Assembly (NCBI GenBank): GCA_002633005.1
Contig: NMRA01000616.1
Coordinates: 62,001-126,000, forward strand
Direction: 5' to 3'
DNA: 64,000 nt
Source of the DNA: Phoronis australis
Taxonomy: Eukaryota; Animalia; Phoronida
Positions 26,341 to 37,494 of this stretch are shown here, in pieces. A program made the position numbers and the translations under genes. Below the pieces are notes generated by a model. It saw only the letters and a program-made list of their open reading frames with translations. It did not search any database and was not told the origin of the DNA. Each line of letters opens with the position of its first letter. Positions within the stretch are counted from its first letter, which is position 1.

Positions 26341-28418
26341 TGTATGTATGTATGTATGTATGTATGTATGTATGTATGTATGTATGTATGTATATATGTA
26401 TGTATGTATATATGCATGAATGGATGCATGCATGCCTAGATGCATGAATGTATGTATGTTCGTACATGTATGTACATGTATATATCTCATTTTGTGACAC
26501 AGGGAGGCGAAAATGCACCAGAAGCAACTTTCATAATGAATCAATGGGGTATGGAGAAGGGTAACAGGTACGTACAATCTCTTTCCCAAGCCTCAAGATG
26601 GCGCCTTTGAGGCTTGGTTATAGGAAATGAAATGTATAAGAGTTCTGACAGATTTTTACGAATATCGCCGGAATATCACGAGTAATATAAACATGGGTGG
26701 CCAAGCACTGAAATAGGTGGAGGCTATCGCTCCCCAGCCCCTTGCTGTGCAGTAGTGAAATAAGTGGGGACTATAGCCCCCCCAGACCCCTATGGTGCCC
26801 CGCCTATGCTAAAATTATATCAACTTTGATTTTTTGCAGTATAATACAAAAATGAAAACTAACGCTATATTGGAGCAATTTACTTCTAAATTATTGGAAA
26901 AATAACGTATAATTATTAGAAAACAGATTAATTTCAATGATACTTTTAATAAAAAAGAATTGAAAATAAGTACTCCAACAACCTTTATTTTAAATAACCA
27001 TAACAATGTCTTCTGTATAAATACATCTTTTTAGTGAGGTGTACAAATATGTTAAGAATAACTATTATTAAAATCTCTTGGGCTATTTACACCGACCTCT
27101 TGTCTATTTAACTGTCACGACGTTTCAGTCGTTCTAAACAAGAGGTCGGTGTAACTAGATCAAGAGATATTAATAATAGTTGTAACACGCCATCACCTCA
27201 AAGCGGTTTTAGAAAGTGATGTTGAGACCAGTTTATCCTGTCAGCCCGCCATATTTTTGGGCACATCACGAGACCTAATCAATACAAGTACGATTAAATT
27301 TCTGCCTCCCACCGGGACTAGAACCCAGGACCTTCTGCTAACACTGAGTGCAGAGGCCCTAGCCACTGAGCCATCGGGACCCTGGGCAATCACGGGAATC
27401 CAATCACACTTAGTAATGGGCATCTTACCCTTGATCTCCATTGTGTGTGTGTAAATATATCTTTTTCAGTGAGAAGTGAGTTCGAGTCCCTGTCGGGGGC
27501 AAAACTATTTTACGACTTATCTTCATTAGGTCACGTGATGTGACCAAAAAGACGGCGTGCTGACGGGATAAACTGTTCTCAATGCCTTCTGCTTCATGAA
27601 AGGCAGCAACAATGCCTGTGAAAATAATTAAAATCTGCCTATATTTTAATGACGTCAAGGCAGCGGGCAAACATTGAGGAGAAGGTATTTCCCATAACCA
27701 AGCCTCAGTGCACCCTCTGACACAGCGCCACCTATACTGAAAAGTGGCCCTATGGAAACATGACTGATGAACGACACACGGAATTCCGTGTGTGGGCATC
27801 AATGCGCATGCTTGGTCGGAAGTTTATCGATCACATCGCAACTACTTGCACACGCCTTCTAAGCACTCTACCAGTTTAGGATTAGCCACGGGATCGGGGT
27901 TGTCTTAATTTTGTTTACATCGATCACTGCCGTTTTTATATCATTTGCAATTATTCAAGTCAAAGGTGGTCGCCATACTACGTAACGGTAAATTGAAAGG
28001 GGTGTCCCAGATTTCAACCAATGGGAATGACTGAATGTTATGGCGTCGGTTTCATTACTTTAAGCAATAAACTACACTACACAGTGCTACCCTTCGTGGA
28101 AGAGTGGTACAAGCCTCAATGGATAAACCGATCAGCGCCATCTTGAATCTTGGGGACGAGGCTGCAGGTACATAATGCGCTGATTCAAGTTCATCTCCCG
28201 TTACCTGTAAAATATGCTATTAGCGTGATGACCACAACAAGGAGGACAAAGACTGCTGCCAGCAGTGACTTTTCTAGAACCGTGCACTTGATGTAAATCC
28301 TCCACTTCGATCGACAGATGCGAGGTTGCGACAATTCCCTATCGGCTTCACAGCTATCCTTGTCGTTGTCGCAAGACAAGTTTTGGAGTTCGACTTGCAC
28401 GTCTTCTTGTGTAGACAT
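2653..28418 (-). CDS. M13 family (neprilysin/ECE-like) type II membrane zinc metallopeptidase, 17 coding exons, 3'-partial (C-terminal exons fall outside the window)
   Basis: Hand-spliced exons 28205-28418, 24954-25178, 24605-24728, 23514-23661, 18038-18109, 17816-17935, 17337-17405, 16826-16956, 14569-14672, 13123-13241, 12594-12689, 10357-10434, 9425-9531, 7734-7844, 7233-7297, 5154-5224, 2653-2718. They total 1920 nt (640 aa), with compatible phases and no stops. Motifs: TM anchor, MDPAADPCEDFVQYACGGW, RWRECV, IPAGILQNPFY, GHEITH, ENIAD. Confidence 0.93.
2882..3128. mobile_element. MITE with terminal inverted repeats
   Basis: ctggggcccgttccaacaaaactg ... cagtttcttggaacagaccccag. Confidence 0.7.
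4401..4550 (-). mobile_element. Penelope-like terminal fragment; second copy at 25821-25978
   Basis: Near-identical over the first ~105 bp to 25821 onward; contains the CTGATGA...GAAACGTTG signature on the minus strand. Confidence 0.75.
4410..4450 (-). ncRNA. Minimal type I hammerhead ribozyme motif, stem II closing pair mutated
   Basis: ugauc-CUGAUGA-U-CUCUA-augaa-UAGAC-GAAA-CG-UU-gauug; 5-bp stem I; palindromic AACGUU stem III. Confidence 0.6.
5154..5224 (-). CDS. M13 peptidase exon 16
   Basis: GSILNSEKACLVNQYSSYKINGKH with the CxxxQY motif; strong pyrimidine tract, gtgagt donor. Confidence 0.9.
6945..7085 (+). repeat. Dispersed repeat, inverted copy at about 30305-30445
   Basis: gggcgtaggcgcacgtaggcgcagccaaccaccttttggcatttgaacgtag matches the reverse complement of about 30390-30443. 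Confidence 0.8.
7233..7297 (-). CDS. M13 peptidase exon 15 (HExxH zinc motif)
   Basis: SLEFATLGMVMGHEITHIFPT; cag/gtaaac boundaries. Confidence 0.94.
7734..7844 (-). CDS. M13 peptidase exon 14 (VNAxY-equivalent and PAGILQ)
   Basis: WFLAPQEVDAYYLGRSHQIVIPAGILQNPFYDLRFPK; cag/gtaaga boundaries. Confidence 0.94.
9425..9531 (-). CDS. M13 peptidase exon 13
   Basis: LNISKVQLFQNFVNSLRYDNEQQATRFLEKTPNKE; cag/gtgatt boundaries. Confidence 0.88.
10357..10434 (-). CDS. M13 peptidase exon 12
   Basis: IESVNTMLGYPAYIKDPKQIEHQYES (IGYP-like motif); tag/gtaagt boundaries. Confidence 0.92.
12594..12689 (-). CDS. M13 peptidase exon 11
   Basis: AQKITSEVEAVYKDRVSNIPWLEESPTYAEQE (WMD-like segment); cag/gtaaat boundaries. 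Confidence 0.88.
13123..13241 (-). CDS. M13 peptidase exon 10
   Basis: GIEGQRPRWRECVSLTHYAMKFAIGSMYVKEAFNDDVLQK; tag/gtgaac boundaries. Confidence 0.93.
14263..14516 (+). repeat. 31-bp GC-rich minisatellite, 8.2 copies
   Basis: Unit gatatcatgagctccgcttgcggtggacggt; near-perfect copies. Confidence 0.97.
14569..14672 (-). CDS. M13 peptidase exon 9
   Basis: TLRNYMMWTVVHKFVPYLSSQFREALRLFQHAQL with the LxNYxxW motif; cag/gtaagg boundaries. Confidence 0.92.
16826..16956 (-). CDS. M13 peptidase exon 8
   Basis: IDWSQFFNASSMSVRDYDIVVSPVYYRALNDLLRHMLQTEGGN; cag/gtaagt boundaries. Confidence 0.88.
17337..17405 (-). CDS. M13 peptidase exon 7 (divergent)
   Basis: IAFGIHTFSTTRRISRQNVGSPV; cag/gtaagt boundaries, phase 0-0, expected position before IDW, weak similarity. 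Confidence 0.7.
17816..17935 (-). CDS. M13 peptidase exon 6
   Basis: HLGSLLKYMIRIGKLIGVPVDSDTHNQFVKLIQFEIQLAK; cag/gtaag boundaries. Confidence 0.9.
18038..18109 (-). CDS. M13 peptidase exon 5
   Basis: VLPGGLTLNTPRWYFGNTTFEEDK, comparable to the ECE DQSGLGLPSRDYYLN segment; tag/gtaggg boundaries. Confidence 0.85.
19420..21700 (+). mobile_element. Decayed AcademX-like DNA transposon
   Basis: Frameshifted fragments CWNGALSDQFIGTTFMRYG, VVNISSDRIATPTVNV, RAHYQT, DPEDYGWKKD, IRCICKG; candidate right end ...ctgactcccggacta at 21700. The family label comes from recalled motif similarity. Confidence 0.55.
23514..23661 (-). CDS. M13 peptidase exon 4
   Basis: SLGGWNMSSTTGKWDAATFDLNSFLQQLGQFMVFPFFQWGSLGGLHMIK; ends at a GC donor AAG|gcgagt. 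Confidence 0.85.
24605..24728 (-). CDS. M13 peptidase exon 3
   Basis: EKPPASLDGEAEKKAKRYYMSCMDETGILEELGAQPLLDLIR; cag acceptor, gtgagt donor. Confidence 0.93.
24954..25178 (-). CDS. M13 peptidase exon 2 (N-terminal Cys cluster)
   Basis: RSGIVDDVCHTSSCTIVSGSLLSAMDPAADPCEDFVQYACGGWIKTHPIPEG...AIKGVL; ends at a GC donor G|gcaagt. Confidence 0.93.
25410..26190. mobile_element. Foldback/MITE-like element with inverted arrays of ~15-bp units, interrupted by the Penelope-like fragment
   Basis: ttctgtgtgtcccgg-type units at 25425-25510 versus ccgggacacacagaa-type units at 26070-26172. Confidence 0.6.
25830..25870 (-). ncRNA. Minimal type I hammerhead ribozyme motif, A9-to-G variant
   Basis: ugauc-CUGAUGG-U-GUCUA-augaa-UAGAC-GAAA-CG-UU-gauug. 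Confidence 0.6.
26311..26410 (+). repeat. (TATG)n microsatellite
   Basis: Direct reading. Confidence 0.97.
27060..27181. repeat. Imperfect palindrome / small MITE
   Basis: actattattaaaatctcttg..tacaccgacctcttgt versus acaagaggtcggtgta..caagagatattaataatagt. Confidence 0.8.
27221..27583. mobile_element. Inverted-repeat element whose arms carry tRNA-derived (Pol III A/B box) sequence
   Basis: Ends cagtttatcctgtcagcccgcc / ggcgtgctgacgggataaactg; minus-strand tRNA-like head at 27303-27381 with TGGCTCAGTGG and GGTTCTAGTCC; plus-strand B-box remnant gagttcgagtccc at about 27478. Confidence 0.7.
28205..28418 (-). CDS. M13 peptidase coding exon 1: cytoplasmic tail and signal-anchor TM helix
   Basis: tttcag|ATG start; MSTQEDVQVE...LEKSLLAAVFVLLVVVITLIAYFT; phase-1 donor G|gtaac. 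Confidence 0.88.
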
Positions 28419-30944
28419 CTGAAAGCTACGGCAGTATTCAACCAGAAGGTGCATTTTAATTTCCAAGAACGGATTAAGCATTTACTTCGTATGCCAACAC
28501 CAGCGTACATGTATAATCTTACATCCGGTCAGATTATCTCCATATGTAACTAGATAGTGTATTTAATGACAAAAGCATGGCGTTATTAAAAGTAAACCCA
28601 GGAGACTAGTTATGTTTTTAATCAATTCACAAATTAAAACACAACAAATTTCTTACGTGAGCTTTTTCTGTTTGCTTTTTGTTTCGGAAACATCGCAGTG
28701 GCCGTTAAATATATTCTATTAATTGGCGTGTCTTCTAATTAGAGGTCAAAGCTATCAATTCAGTGCAAACCATGTGTCGATCCTTTTATTCATAAAATTA
28801 GGTAGATATTCAGGAGGCCAAAATCAACAATCTTAGGTTTGATGACAAAGGCATGTTAGAAACAGGCAACCATGTATTTTTGGTGATCCTCCCTTGAATC
28901 TAAGGGAGGTCACAAAGCTGAATTATGCACCAATGCCATGGTAATCCGGTATTCTGCCAAAACACATCAACAAGTTTAGGTTTGGACTCATCAGCTGCTT
29001 TATTTTACTGTAACAGGAATTTTGTCCAAATCTAAAAGGTAGGATATTACCCACCATTTTCTCCGACTATGTTGAGGTATATACTTTATACTATACGTAG
29101 ATGAACCCCTTGCTTCTGATCTACAGTATACCGATTCTTGGTGATCTAGGATGTCATTCAATTAGTACGAGGCATAGCCTACTACGTTTGCATATGTCTG
29201 AGATAAACATTTTAGCTGCCAGATGCTAAAAATATGTCTTAAAACTTTTGGAAACTTAATGAAATATTTTATTTTACTTAACATTACAAGTTTCCGGGCG
29301 TTTTGTAATTCAAAATTTTTCGCATCTCGCACTTGCATGAACCAGATGATGTCCGGTGATCTGTCTCATATTTTCCCAGAAATTTCGTATCTCTGTTAGC
29401 AAGACCTCGGATACGAACGATCCAGAGTATAATCTTCGAACTTAGACTTGACTTAAACTCAGACTCGGAACTTAAACAATCACACCGCAGCCATGGTTGA
29501 GCTGAGTTTCGGGTACACAGATTTAATATGGTCTTAGATCAGTAACCGAGGCAGCTAACATTTAACGAAATTACGCGTCGTTACCAAAATTGTGTCATGT
29601 TTTTGCGGCATTCGATACCACCCAGGCCTACTTTGTGTTTGAAAAGCCGTGAATGGGTTAAAGGAGAATGCCACCCAAAAACAACATATTTTGTGTCAAT
29701 TTAGATCGAGTAGTTCTACTCGATAACGGCACGTTTGGTTGCCACGGTTACCTGACAACTGACGGCAGACGGAGGTGTTGAAATTATCCAATGACGTCGT
29801 TGGTTTCACACGCAGTCTGATCAACAGTTCACAACACGGGTTACTGGTGTCAGCGTATCGCTTGAATTCATCGTTTAACACCAATAAATCACTTACCATC
29901 GATGTAAAACCCTTTGTTTTATTTCGCTGTTAAGGATTTATTGGTATTTGGACACACCGTAGCCTACAAAGTTCGACAGACCAATTTACCAAGGGCCGTA
30001 ACAGGAGTTTGGGGTCTGTTCGGAGATAAATTCGAAGTATTCTCCCGTTAAATACAGGCAAGAGAACCTAGATCTGTGTTGTTTAGACTTGTGATTTTTT
30101 GAGTTTTAAACACACAAAACGCTTGTTATCCCGGCCAGTGGCTCGGAACCCGATCAGACCCGTCGCGGCCGGACTGACTCGTTATCCTGGCCAGTGGCTC
30201 GGAACCCGATCAGGCCCTTCGCGGCCGCCGGGACTGGCACCAACATAAACCAGCTTAAGCTGGAAACTAAACCTCCAGTCACGAAAAGACTGCAATAGTA
30301 AGTGCTGTAGTGGTAAAAGTAGAGGTAAGTAGGCGCCGAAAGCCCATCGTATCATCTTGAGCATTGAACGTAACCTACGGTGCGTAACAGCTACGTTCAA
30401 ATGCCAAAAGGTGGTTGGCTGCGCCTACGTGTGCCTACGCCCCTATACAACACTGTTAATAGTGAGCCAAAGAAATAATGTGCACGTAATTACTTACTTG
30501 AATTAGCCACGAAACTGAAAATCTACTTACTTGCGGGGGCCGCGAAGTCACAGACCGTCAGGGCAAAACTTGTACATTAACAATGATTACTCTACGCGTG
30601 TAAGCGCAGAGTACTGTTGTTCCTGGGTTTTCTTCAATTTTCTTCTTCTTATTCTTATTCTTCTTCCGACCAACTTTGAGGCTTAATAACTCCAAAATGG
30701 GTGGAGACATGTTCTTTAAATTCTGCATGTGATTTTTGGCAGTACATAAATTTTGATTGGTTATATAATCATATTCCATATTGCACCGGAAGAGGTCATT
30801 TGGTGCAAAGGTCATGTAATTTTTAAAATGCTACTCCTCCTTCAGTTTTAAAGCTATCTTTTTAAAATTCGGCTCACAGGTATAAGTTAACATGAGAATT
30901 TAAAAAGTACTTTTCTAAGTAATCGGGTCATCCAATCCGGTGAA

Positions 30945-31260
30945 ATAGGTCAAAGGTCATTAGGTGCAAACTAAAATTTTGAGCTAGACATTTCAAATTG
31001 ACAGGTCTGATTGCCACAGATAAATCAAATCGGAATCTAAAGTTTCAGGTCATTTAGTGCAACCATGGGGGTCATTAGGTGCATTTTTCTTCTGAAAATT
31101 TGACCTTTTCAATCAGCATGTATTCTGATGTGTCAACCATTAGACAACTGTGATTCTCAGCGTTAAACACATTTTCCATGGGCTTTGCAATAATTCTCCT
31201 AAAGATGCTTAAAATGCACCGGATAAGGTCAATTAGTGCAAAGGTCATGTAACGTTCAAA
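30945..31260 (+). repeat. ~320-bp direct repeat, second copy at about 33341-33670
   Basis: Both begin aataggtcaaa..tcatt..gtgcaaactaaaattttgagctaga and share attttt cttctgaaaatttgacc and aatgcaccgga blocks. Confidence 0.75.
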
Positions 31261-32944
31261 ATGTTATATGTCTTACGTTTTTCAAGGAATTCTTTTCAAT
31301 TTCAGCACACTGGTGTAAGTCAACATGCCAATAGCGGAGTTGCAACCGAATTGATTTAACGATTGCGCATGTCCGGAAATTAGGGTGCGCAAAGGCTACT
31401 GGGATTGTTGATGGTAAACGGGATGACCGACTGGTTTGCACGACGTGTAATTTGTGTGCATTAAACTACGCTGCTGTATGTAATTCTGCCGCTATTCGCC
31501 CTAATTAGCGCCCATGGCTCAACAAGTGCCCCAACGCGTTTTCAGACTTTGCTAAAGTAAGCGCCCAGCCCATGAACTACATGCGAAAAATGCCCTTACC
31601 TACAGTTCTAACGTCTCCAATTTATCAATTGAAAGATCCGACAGCCTGAATTTGTAACGGACCACGAGCCTCACCGTTATGTCCGTATACACTTCAAACT
31701 TACGCCGCGATTCAAAAAGAACGCAGAAGTTTTGCTGCTCTTGCGAGGGATGTGCCCCACTACGCGGGTCTGGACTTTGAAAACAGACACAGCGTACTTG
31801 TCAAAGAGCGGGATTGCATTGTTTCTTTCCAGTACAGATCTTCTCCGGCCTCAAACTTCTTTGTGCATGTGAAAACCGTGAATCGAAGACTAATAAAAAA
31901 AACTCGACCAGTGTTAGCACGCGACCAAGAAGCGCGCGCTGCATAATGTACCGACTGTCATCGAAGATTAATCGGGTAACATAGCATCGGCAAATAAATA
32001 TTGGCACTAATTTCCGAAAGTTTCCAATACCGTAAAAAGCTTCTGCATTATTTTTAAGAGAAATTATTTAACTAATCATAATTGGTGTTTTTAAGGTCAA
32101 AATGACCCACTTCGCACCCTTACACCCCAAATCTTCCGGGAAATAGCTGTTACACTACGGTCACGCATCCACTCACCCGGCGACTCAATGAGTGACATGT
32201 CGGTCTTACCGAAAAAATTCTCGAACGTTTTTAGCAGATGAGGCCAGCAAGTGCTAAGCCGTAAATATTAAAACACGCTCTGCTTGACTGCTTGACTTAT
32301 TTTTTTTTTGGATACAATGCACACCTAGATCATTACATTACTCTGGCAAATGAACTCTGACAAGCACACGCACGCTTACTCTCACACACACGCATACAAA
32401 CTTCAAAACAAACGTCACGTGACAACAACATGTGTTCCCACAGAGATTTTTCTCGGGTTGCGTGCTACAATCTAGCGTAGATTTGGACTTAATCTGCAGT
32501 TAATCCAGACTTCACAAGAACTTAAAAATCTTAGAGACGCTATTTGGAAAACTTGAGGAGGATTTCAGGTAATTTGTTGAGTCAAAGCTGTATTCTTATT
32601 TAAGAATTCAAGCCCTATCGACGATTGCGAGACCAGCAGCTACGCATTTGTCGGCAAGATTTCGCCCTGGAACTTCAACAAAATTTTATGAAAAATGATC
32701 GTAATTTAACAACGAATTTTGATAGCAATGTACCACAATTTTGTAGAAAGTAAATAATAATAATCTGCACGCTTTATCTTAGCGCGTAATGCATATAGTG
32801 TGCATACGTTAAGTGAGTCGACCCAGAACAGGTGATTGTGCAGAGGCATTATCCTCAAAATTGCTCATGTTGGCTTGGTTCTGGTCAAGCGAAAACAAGT
32901 TTTTTTTTCACTACCAACCGCCGTGGAGTATTTGTTACTGTTTC

Positions 32945-33190
32945 TTTGAAGGGAGATATTGTTGGGCAGTTTCTAAGATACGTTTTCTTGCCGCCCTCAA
33001 AATGAGCGCTGCACACTTTATGCTACGAAGTCGGAAAGAATTCACGAAGTCGGCCTTTGCTACCAGCTCTACCGATGTCTCTGACCCATGTTTAACGCAG
33101 TTCTTGATCCTTGGGAAACAGGTAGTAACTAAATTTTTTATTTCGCTAACTGGTATTATAGCATGCCAGGCACACAACACGTATAACCTC
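32945..33190 (-). pseudogene. Second THAP-domain remnant
   Basis: ACYNTS*RNKKFS..LFPKDQELR*TWVRDIGR...PTS*HKVCSAHFEGGKKTY; several stops. Confidence 0.75.
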
Positions 33191-34004
33191 CCTGTGGCCG
33201 GTTCGCCCCCACGCTTGCCGACGTACTTGTTTACCGGCTTAACCACAATGCAACATTCTGACCCATTTCCAATATGGCGGCGTTGCAACTCCGCTATTGA
33301 ATACTTACTTTACTTTGCAATATGCCTAACCAATCAAAAAAATAGGTCAAAGTCATTGAGTGCAAACTAAAATTTTGAGCTAGAGACTTCAGAATTACGT
33401 ATCTGTTTACTAAGTGCAACTGAGTTTGAATTCTAAATTTTCAGGTCATTTGGTGCACCCATGGGGTCAGTAAATAGTAGGTGCATTTTTCTTCTGAAAA
33501 TTTGACCAATCATTCATCTTGTATTCTGAAGTGCTTAAAGTAAAACATCTGTGATTATTAGCATTAACCACACTATAAATCGAGTTAACAATTACCCCCC
33601 TCATCATGGCTCATAATGCACCGGAAGTGGGCAATTAGTGGAAAGGTCATCAAAAATTAATATGTAATTTCTCCTACAATTTTAAAGAATTCCTTCTCAC
33701 ATTGATAAACGGGTTGCTGTCAGTAACATCGCATAATAATTCCAGTAATACGCACGCGCAGAGTCCGTTATTGTCACGCCGTGACAATAATCTTTCTAGT
33801 TTGAATAATGTATTTGTATTTCTAAATAAAGATTCCCCTAACATGTGACCATAGCATATAAAATCGAGTAATTGTTTCGCAACAGCTTTTCCCGATGAAG
33901 ACTTCACGGATCTGATCGTTAGGTTTCACAGGCCGAACTGGAATACACTGATCAAGAAATACTAGAGAGGCGCCGTGAACATGCACAGACAACGGAACGC
34001 ATGG

Positions 34005-34236
34005 ATAGTTCTTTGGTAAGCCGGAATTCCTCAGAGAAAACACTGTCGACAAAATGCTGGCCTCAGACACGGAGATGTTTCACGACCTCATACTTGCTAT
34101 TAACGGCGTACCTTTCATTCTTCACTGCCGCGAGCCACTTCCCAAGCATTTCGGGCTCTCGAAGAAGTCGAAAAAACGATATGCCCGCTTTCTTCACAGC
34201 TTCATAGTTCGGACAAGCGGGAACGATGCACCGCAA
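34005..34236 (-). pseudogene. THAP zinc-finger remnant of the Kolobok-like element
   Basis: RCIVPACPN...GISFFRL...KWLAAVK...LRV*GQHFVDSVF; the third Cys codon is now TGA. Confidence 0.8.
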
Positions 34237-37200
34237 TATAGCGGCACTAACTCTGCAGACGAACCCCTGACGTCGCTTCGTCGTTTCTCACTTTCCTCAC
34301 AGGTTAACGCGCCAACTCTCAGCAAGCTGAGGACGACCGTATAATTGGCGATGTGGATATAGTCTGATTAAAACGGTAAAAAAGACGAATTAAATCGGGT
34401 GGCATTCTCCTTTAATGCAATCGCTGATTGGTGTAGCTATTAAACACGTAGAGATCAAGTACCGAGGGTTTACTTACCATACACGTTGCCACCACCTTTC
34501 CAACTACGTAGTGCTTCGATCAATGCTCTAAACAAAGGCATAGACGAACTTAAAATAGACACAGTCGATACGGATTTAAGCGCATACACAAGGAAAGTAC
34601 GAATGAGTTCACATTTTTGAGAGGCTGATTTCCAGTCACCCATATAAAATACGTACGATTACTCACGGTTAATGTCATTATAAACACGCCAATCCATGAC
34701 CTTTGAAGGCCAGGGCTTTTCATTACTCTGTAACGCCATTCTGCCAGGTCTCAGAAAACCAATCTGTCAGTTTCCAGCAACAAGGTTTAAGAGACGGCTG
34801 ACAGGCACTTTTTTTCTCTGTGGAAATCATGCATACGTGTAGGAAGATGAAATTGACACTTTTGAAAGTACATGCATTCTTCTTACTCCATCTTGCGAAA
34901 CAACAGGCCTATTACACTATACTCTAGAACCAAAGAACTCTAACCCTGGAATGCCAATTCCCGAACATGATCAAACTATTATATTATTATAGCTTGCAAC
35001 CTCGAGACTAGCCGTGAGAGTTTGCACTGAAAATCTGCAGCTGTCTGTTCTGCAGAGTTTTGACTGAGTGCCGTAGCTATCAAATCGGTTCTAGACATCC
35101 AGCTATTTCTCGACAAAATTAGACAACAAACACAATGGGGCTATTCGGAAAATTTGCATTAACTAGAGGGCGCACGTGTACCAGTGGTGATAGATTAAGC
35201 AGCTTCGATTTCGAGAACCCTTTAAATACATGGGGAAAAGGCTTGAAGCCGTGCCAACTGAATCTGAGATTGCGTGAAAAAGTTATTTCTATGAGAGGAA
35301 GTAAGCACGACCTTATACAAAGGTAAGGTTTGTGATTATTTTAACAATTATTCCATGTTTATTCTACTTATGCCTGCTAACTGAGGTACTCGCCGATGTC
35401 GACTTCGCGGCAGTCACCAGTCGGGTTAGTCTTTGTTTGTTGCGATGTGTGTTAGGATACTTGACGTAGTACTCGGGATCTTTTCGTACATCAAAGCAGT
35501 ATTAATAATGTTTGGAATGATTTCTATCAGGTTTATCAATGGCAGTTACACCAATAAATGTTGAATGTTTATGCTGTCAACTCGATATTGGTTAGTGAGT
35601 TACGATTACAATCCAAGCCCAATAGCAAAGGGTACGTGGCAAATATCCATTGGAATTAGACTATTTGTTTACTCCCTATCCTACGACTTCCGGAAATCCA
35701 TTACACGTTGAAATGGAAATCTATCATGTCTGTTTTCACATGACCTTTGGTTTTTAGGTTTGAGGACTTGTAACGTGCATAGTAGTCTAGTCGAAAAATG
35801 GCCCTCCGTGCACACCCCGGACTTCAACTTCTGAGTTGAATTTTTATGAAGGAAGATATGCGTGAAAACAGAAAAATGATGTTAATAAGCCGAAAAAATG
35901 TCCTTCGTATGTTTTTTATGCAAATTAGTGCCGCCATTACCGATTTTGCGTTATTTCGCAATATGTTGCCGACTATCTCACACCAATGAATACACTAAAT
36001 GTTTCTACTTATGTTTTATGGGTCAAACATTACATCAGAACAACAAGTAAATAATACAAGTTATCTTGAAAATGGTTTAGGTAAAAACACTCAACACATG
36101 TAGCAGAAGAATTGTGTGATGTTGACCCATCCATGAAAACAAACTAACATCAAAATATACAAATGGGCTGTTGACATGTATGTCAATCAGTGCGAATCCA
36201 ATGCTGGGGTCAGCGAAAATAAGACTACATTCGAAATTAAGGCAGCTATCGACGCAGATGTAAAATCATCCATATAAGAAAACAATGAGGTCGAAGCTTA
36301 TCTACTGACAACAACGAACACTCTCTACCCATATCCATTCTCCATTTAGACTCTAAATGAACATGGCGACTTTACAATCTTAAATTATGTCAAAGGAACA
36401 GCAAGCCAAAAACTGCAGCAGCTTCATGAAATTCGGGAAAAACGTCTCCAACAGCCACATGATTCTCCACATCGTACGTAGTCCGTGTGTGATCAGATTC
36501 CTTCTGTTCTTCAAAGTGAATTGGAAGAAAATGGGTTATCACACAAAAATCTATAAACATTTTACTGCCAAACTTCACCGCTTGGGGGACAGTGAAGGCC
36601 CAGAGGCACCTAGTGCACCATTCGACGCACAAACTATCAACATCATGCACCATCATAGTCATTTTCCCACCAGAGAACATTTTCTACAGCAAAACTGAAA
36701 CTAAGGATGGCAGCTATCTTCACAAGGAAAGGTAATAATAGCTGAGCTAATACGAATCAAAGTATTACAAGACTTCTTTTTTAAAATTTTCATTCCATTT
36801 ATCCACAAGCGTGTGATGCATATCATTTTGTTGTCCAGTATCAGTAAATTTGTTAACAGAGCAACACTGAAAACCATTGTTAAAGCTATCATTCAACCTC
36901 ACCTAGATTATTGTCTCCCGGTGTGGGGTTTTGTATCAGTCAAGGATATGAAAACCATCCGGGTTATCTATAATAGGGCTGCCCGGATTATTCTGGGAGC
37001 TGGTGTTAGAGATATTAACATCGAAAACCTTCATAAAGAGACTGGTATAATGAAAATTCACACAATACATCAATTTCTTTCTGCTTGTTGTATGTACAAA
37101 TGTTTTAAAGTTCTTGTCCCATCTTACTTATGTGCTGAGTCTATGATGACTACTAATCGCTACAATACTAGGTCCTCCTCATGATTTCAATCTTCCTAAA

Positions 37201-37494
37201 CGCAGAAGCGAAACTGGGAAAACATCATTTTCCTCCAGCGGGCCCTTTTTATGGAACTCTCTTCCTGCAGATGCCAAATCTACATCATCCTTTCTAACCT
37301 TTAAAAGAACTATAAGACATAGATTTAACTTCATGTAGGGTGTAAGAATTGCATGTGTATACATTTGTTATTTATGTAATGTCTTACTTTTATTAATTAT
37401 TTATTGTCTTCTATTTATCATATTTTATTTTTTTGCTTCATCAGTCTTTCCGTGTTAATTTCTTGTTCTTTGCTCATACCTTAAATTTGTCTTT

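Larger units (their letters stand above)
29662..34411 (-). mobile_element. Kolobok-like DNA transposon, non-autonomous, with nested repeats
   Basis: Perfect 15-bp TIRs aggagaatgccaccc / gggtggcattctcct, TTAA on both flanks, purine-purine terminus, THAP remnant near one end. Confidence 0.8.

Noticed and set aside
26234-26589. ORFs with YIHT / MYVC repeats
   Set aside because: These are translations of the (TATG)n microsatellite.
27303-27381. Functional tRNA gene
   Set aside because: The acceptor stem is poor, the anticodon arm is irregular, and it is embedded in a repeated element.
27763-27800. CUGAUGA followed by a hairpin as a hammerhead
   Set aside because: No GAAA after the stem and no stem I or III.
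32813-33370. 185-aa plus-strand ORF as a gene
   Set aside because: It is the antisense shadow of the minus-strand THAP remnant.
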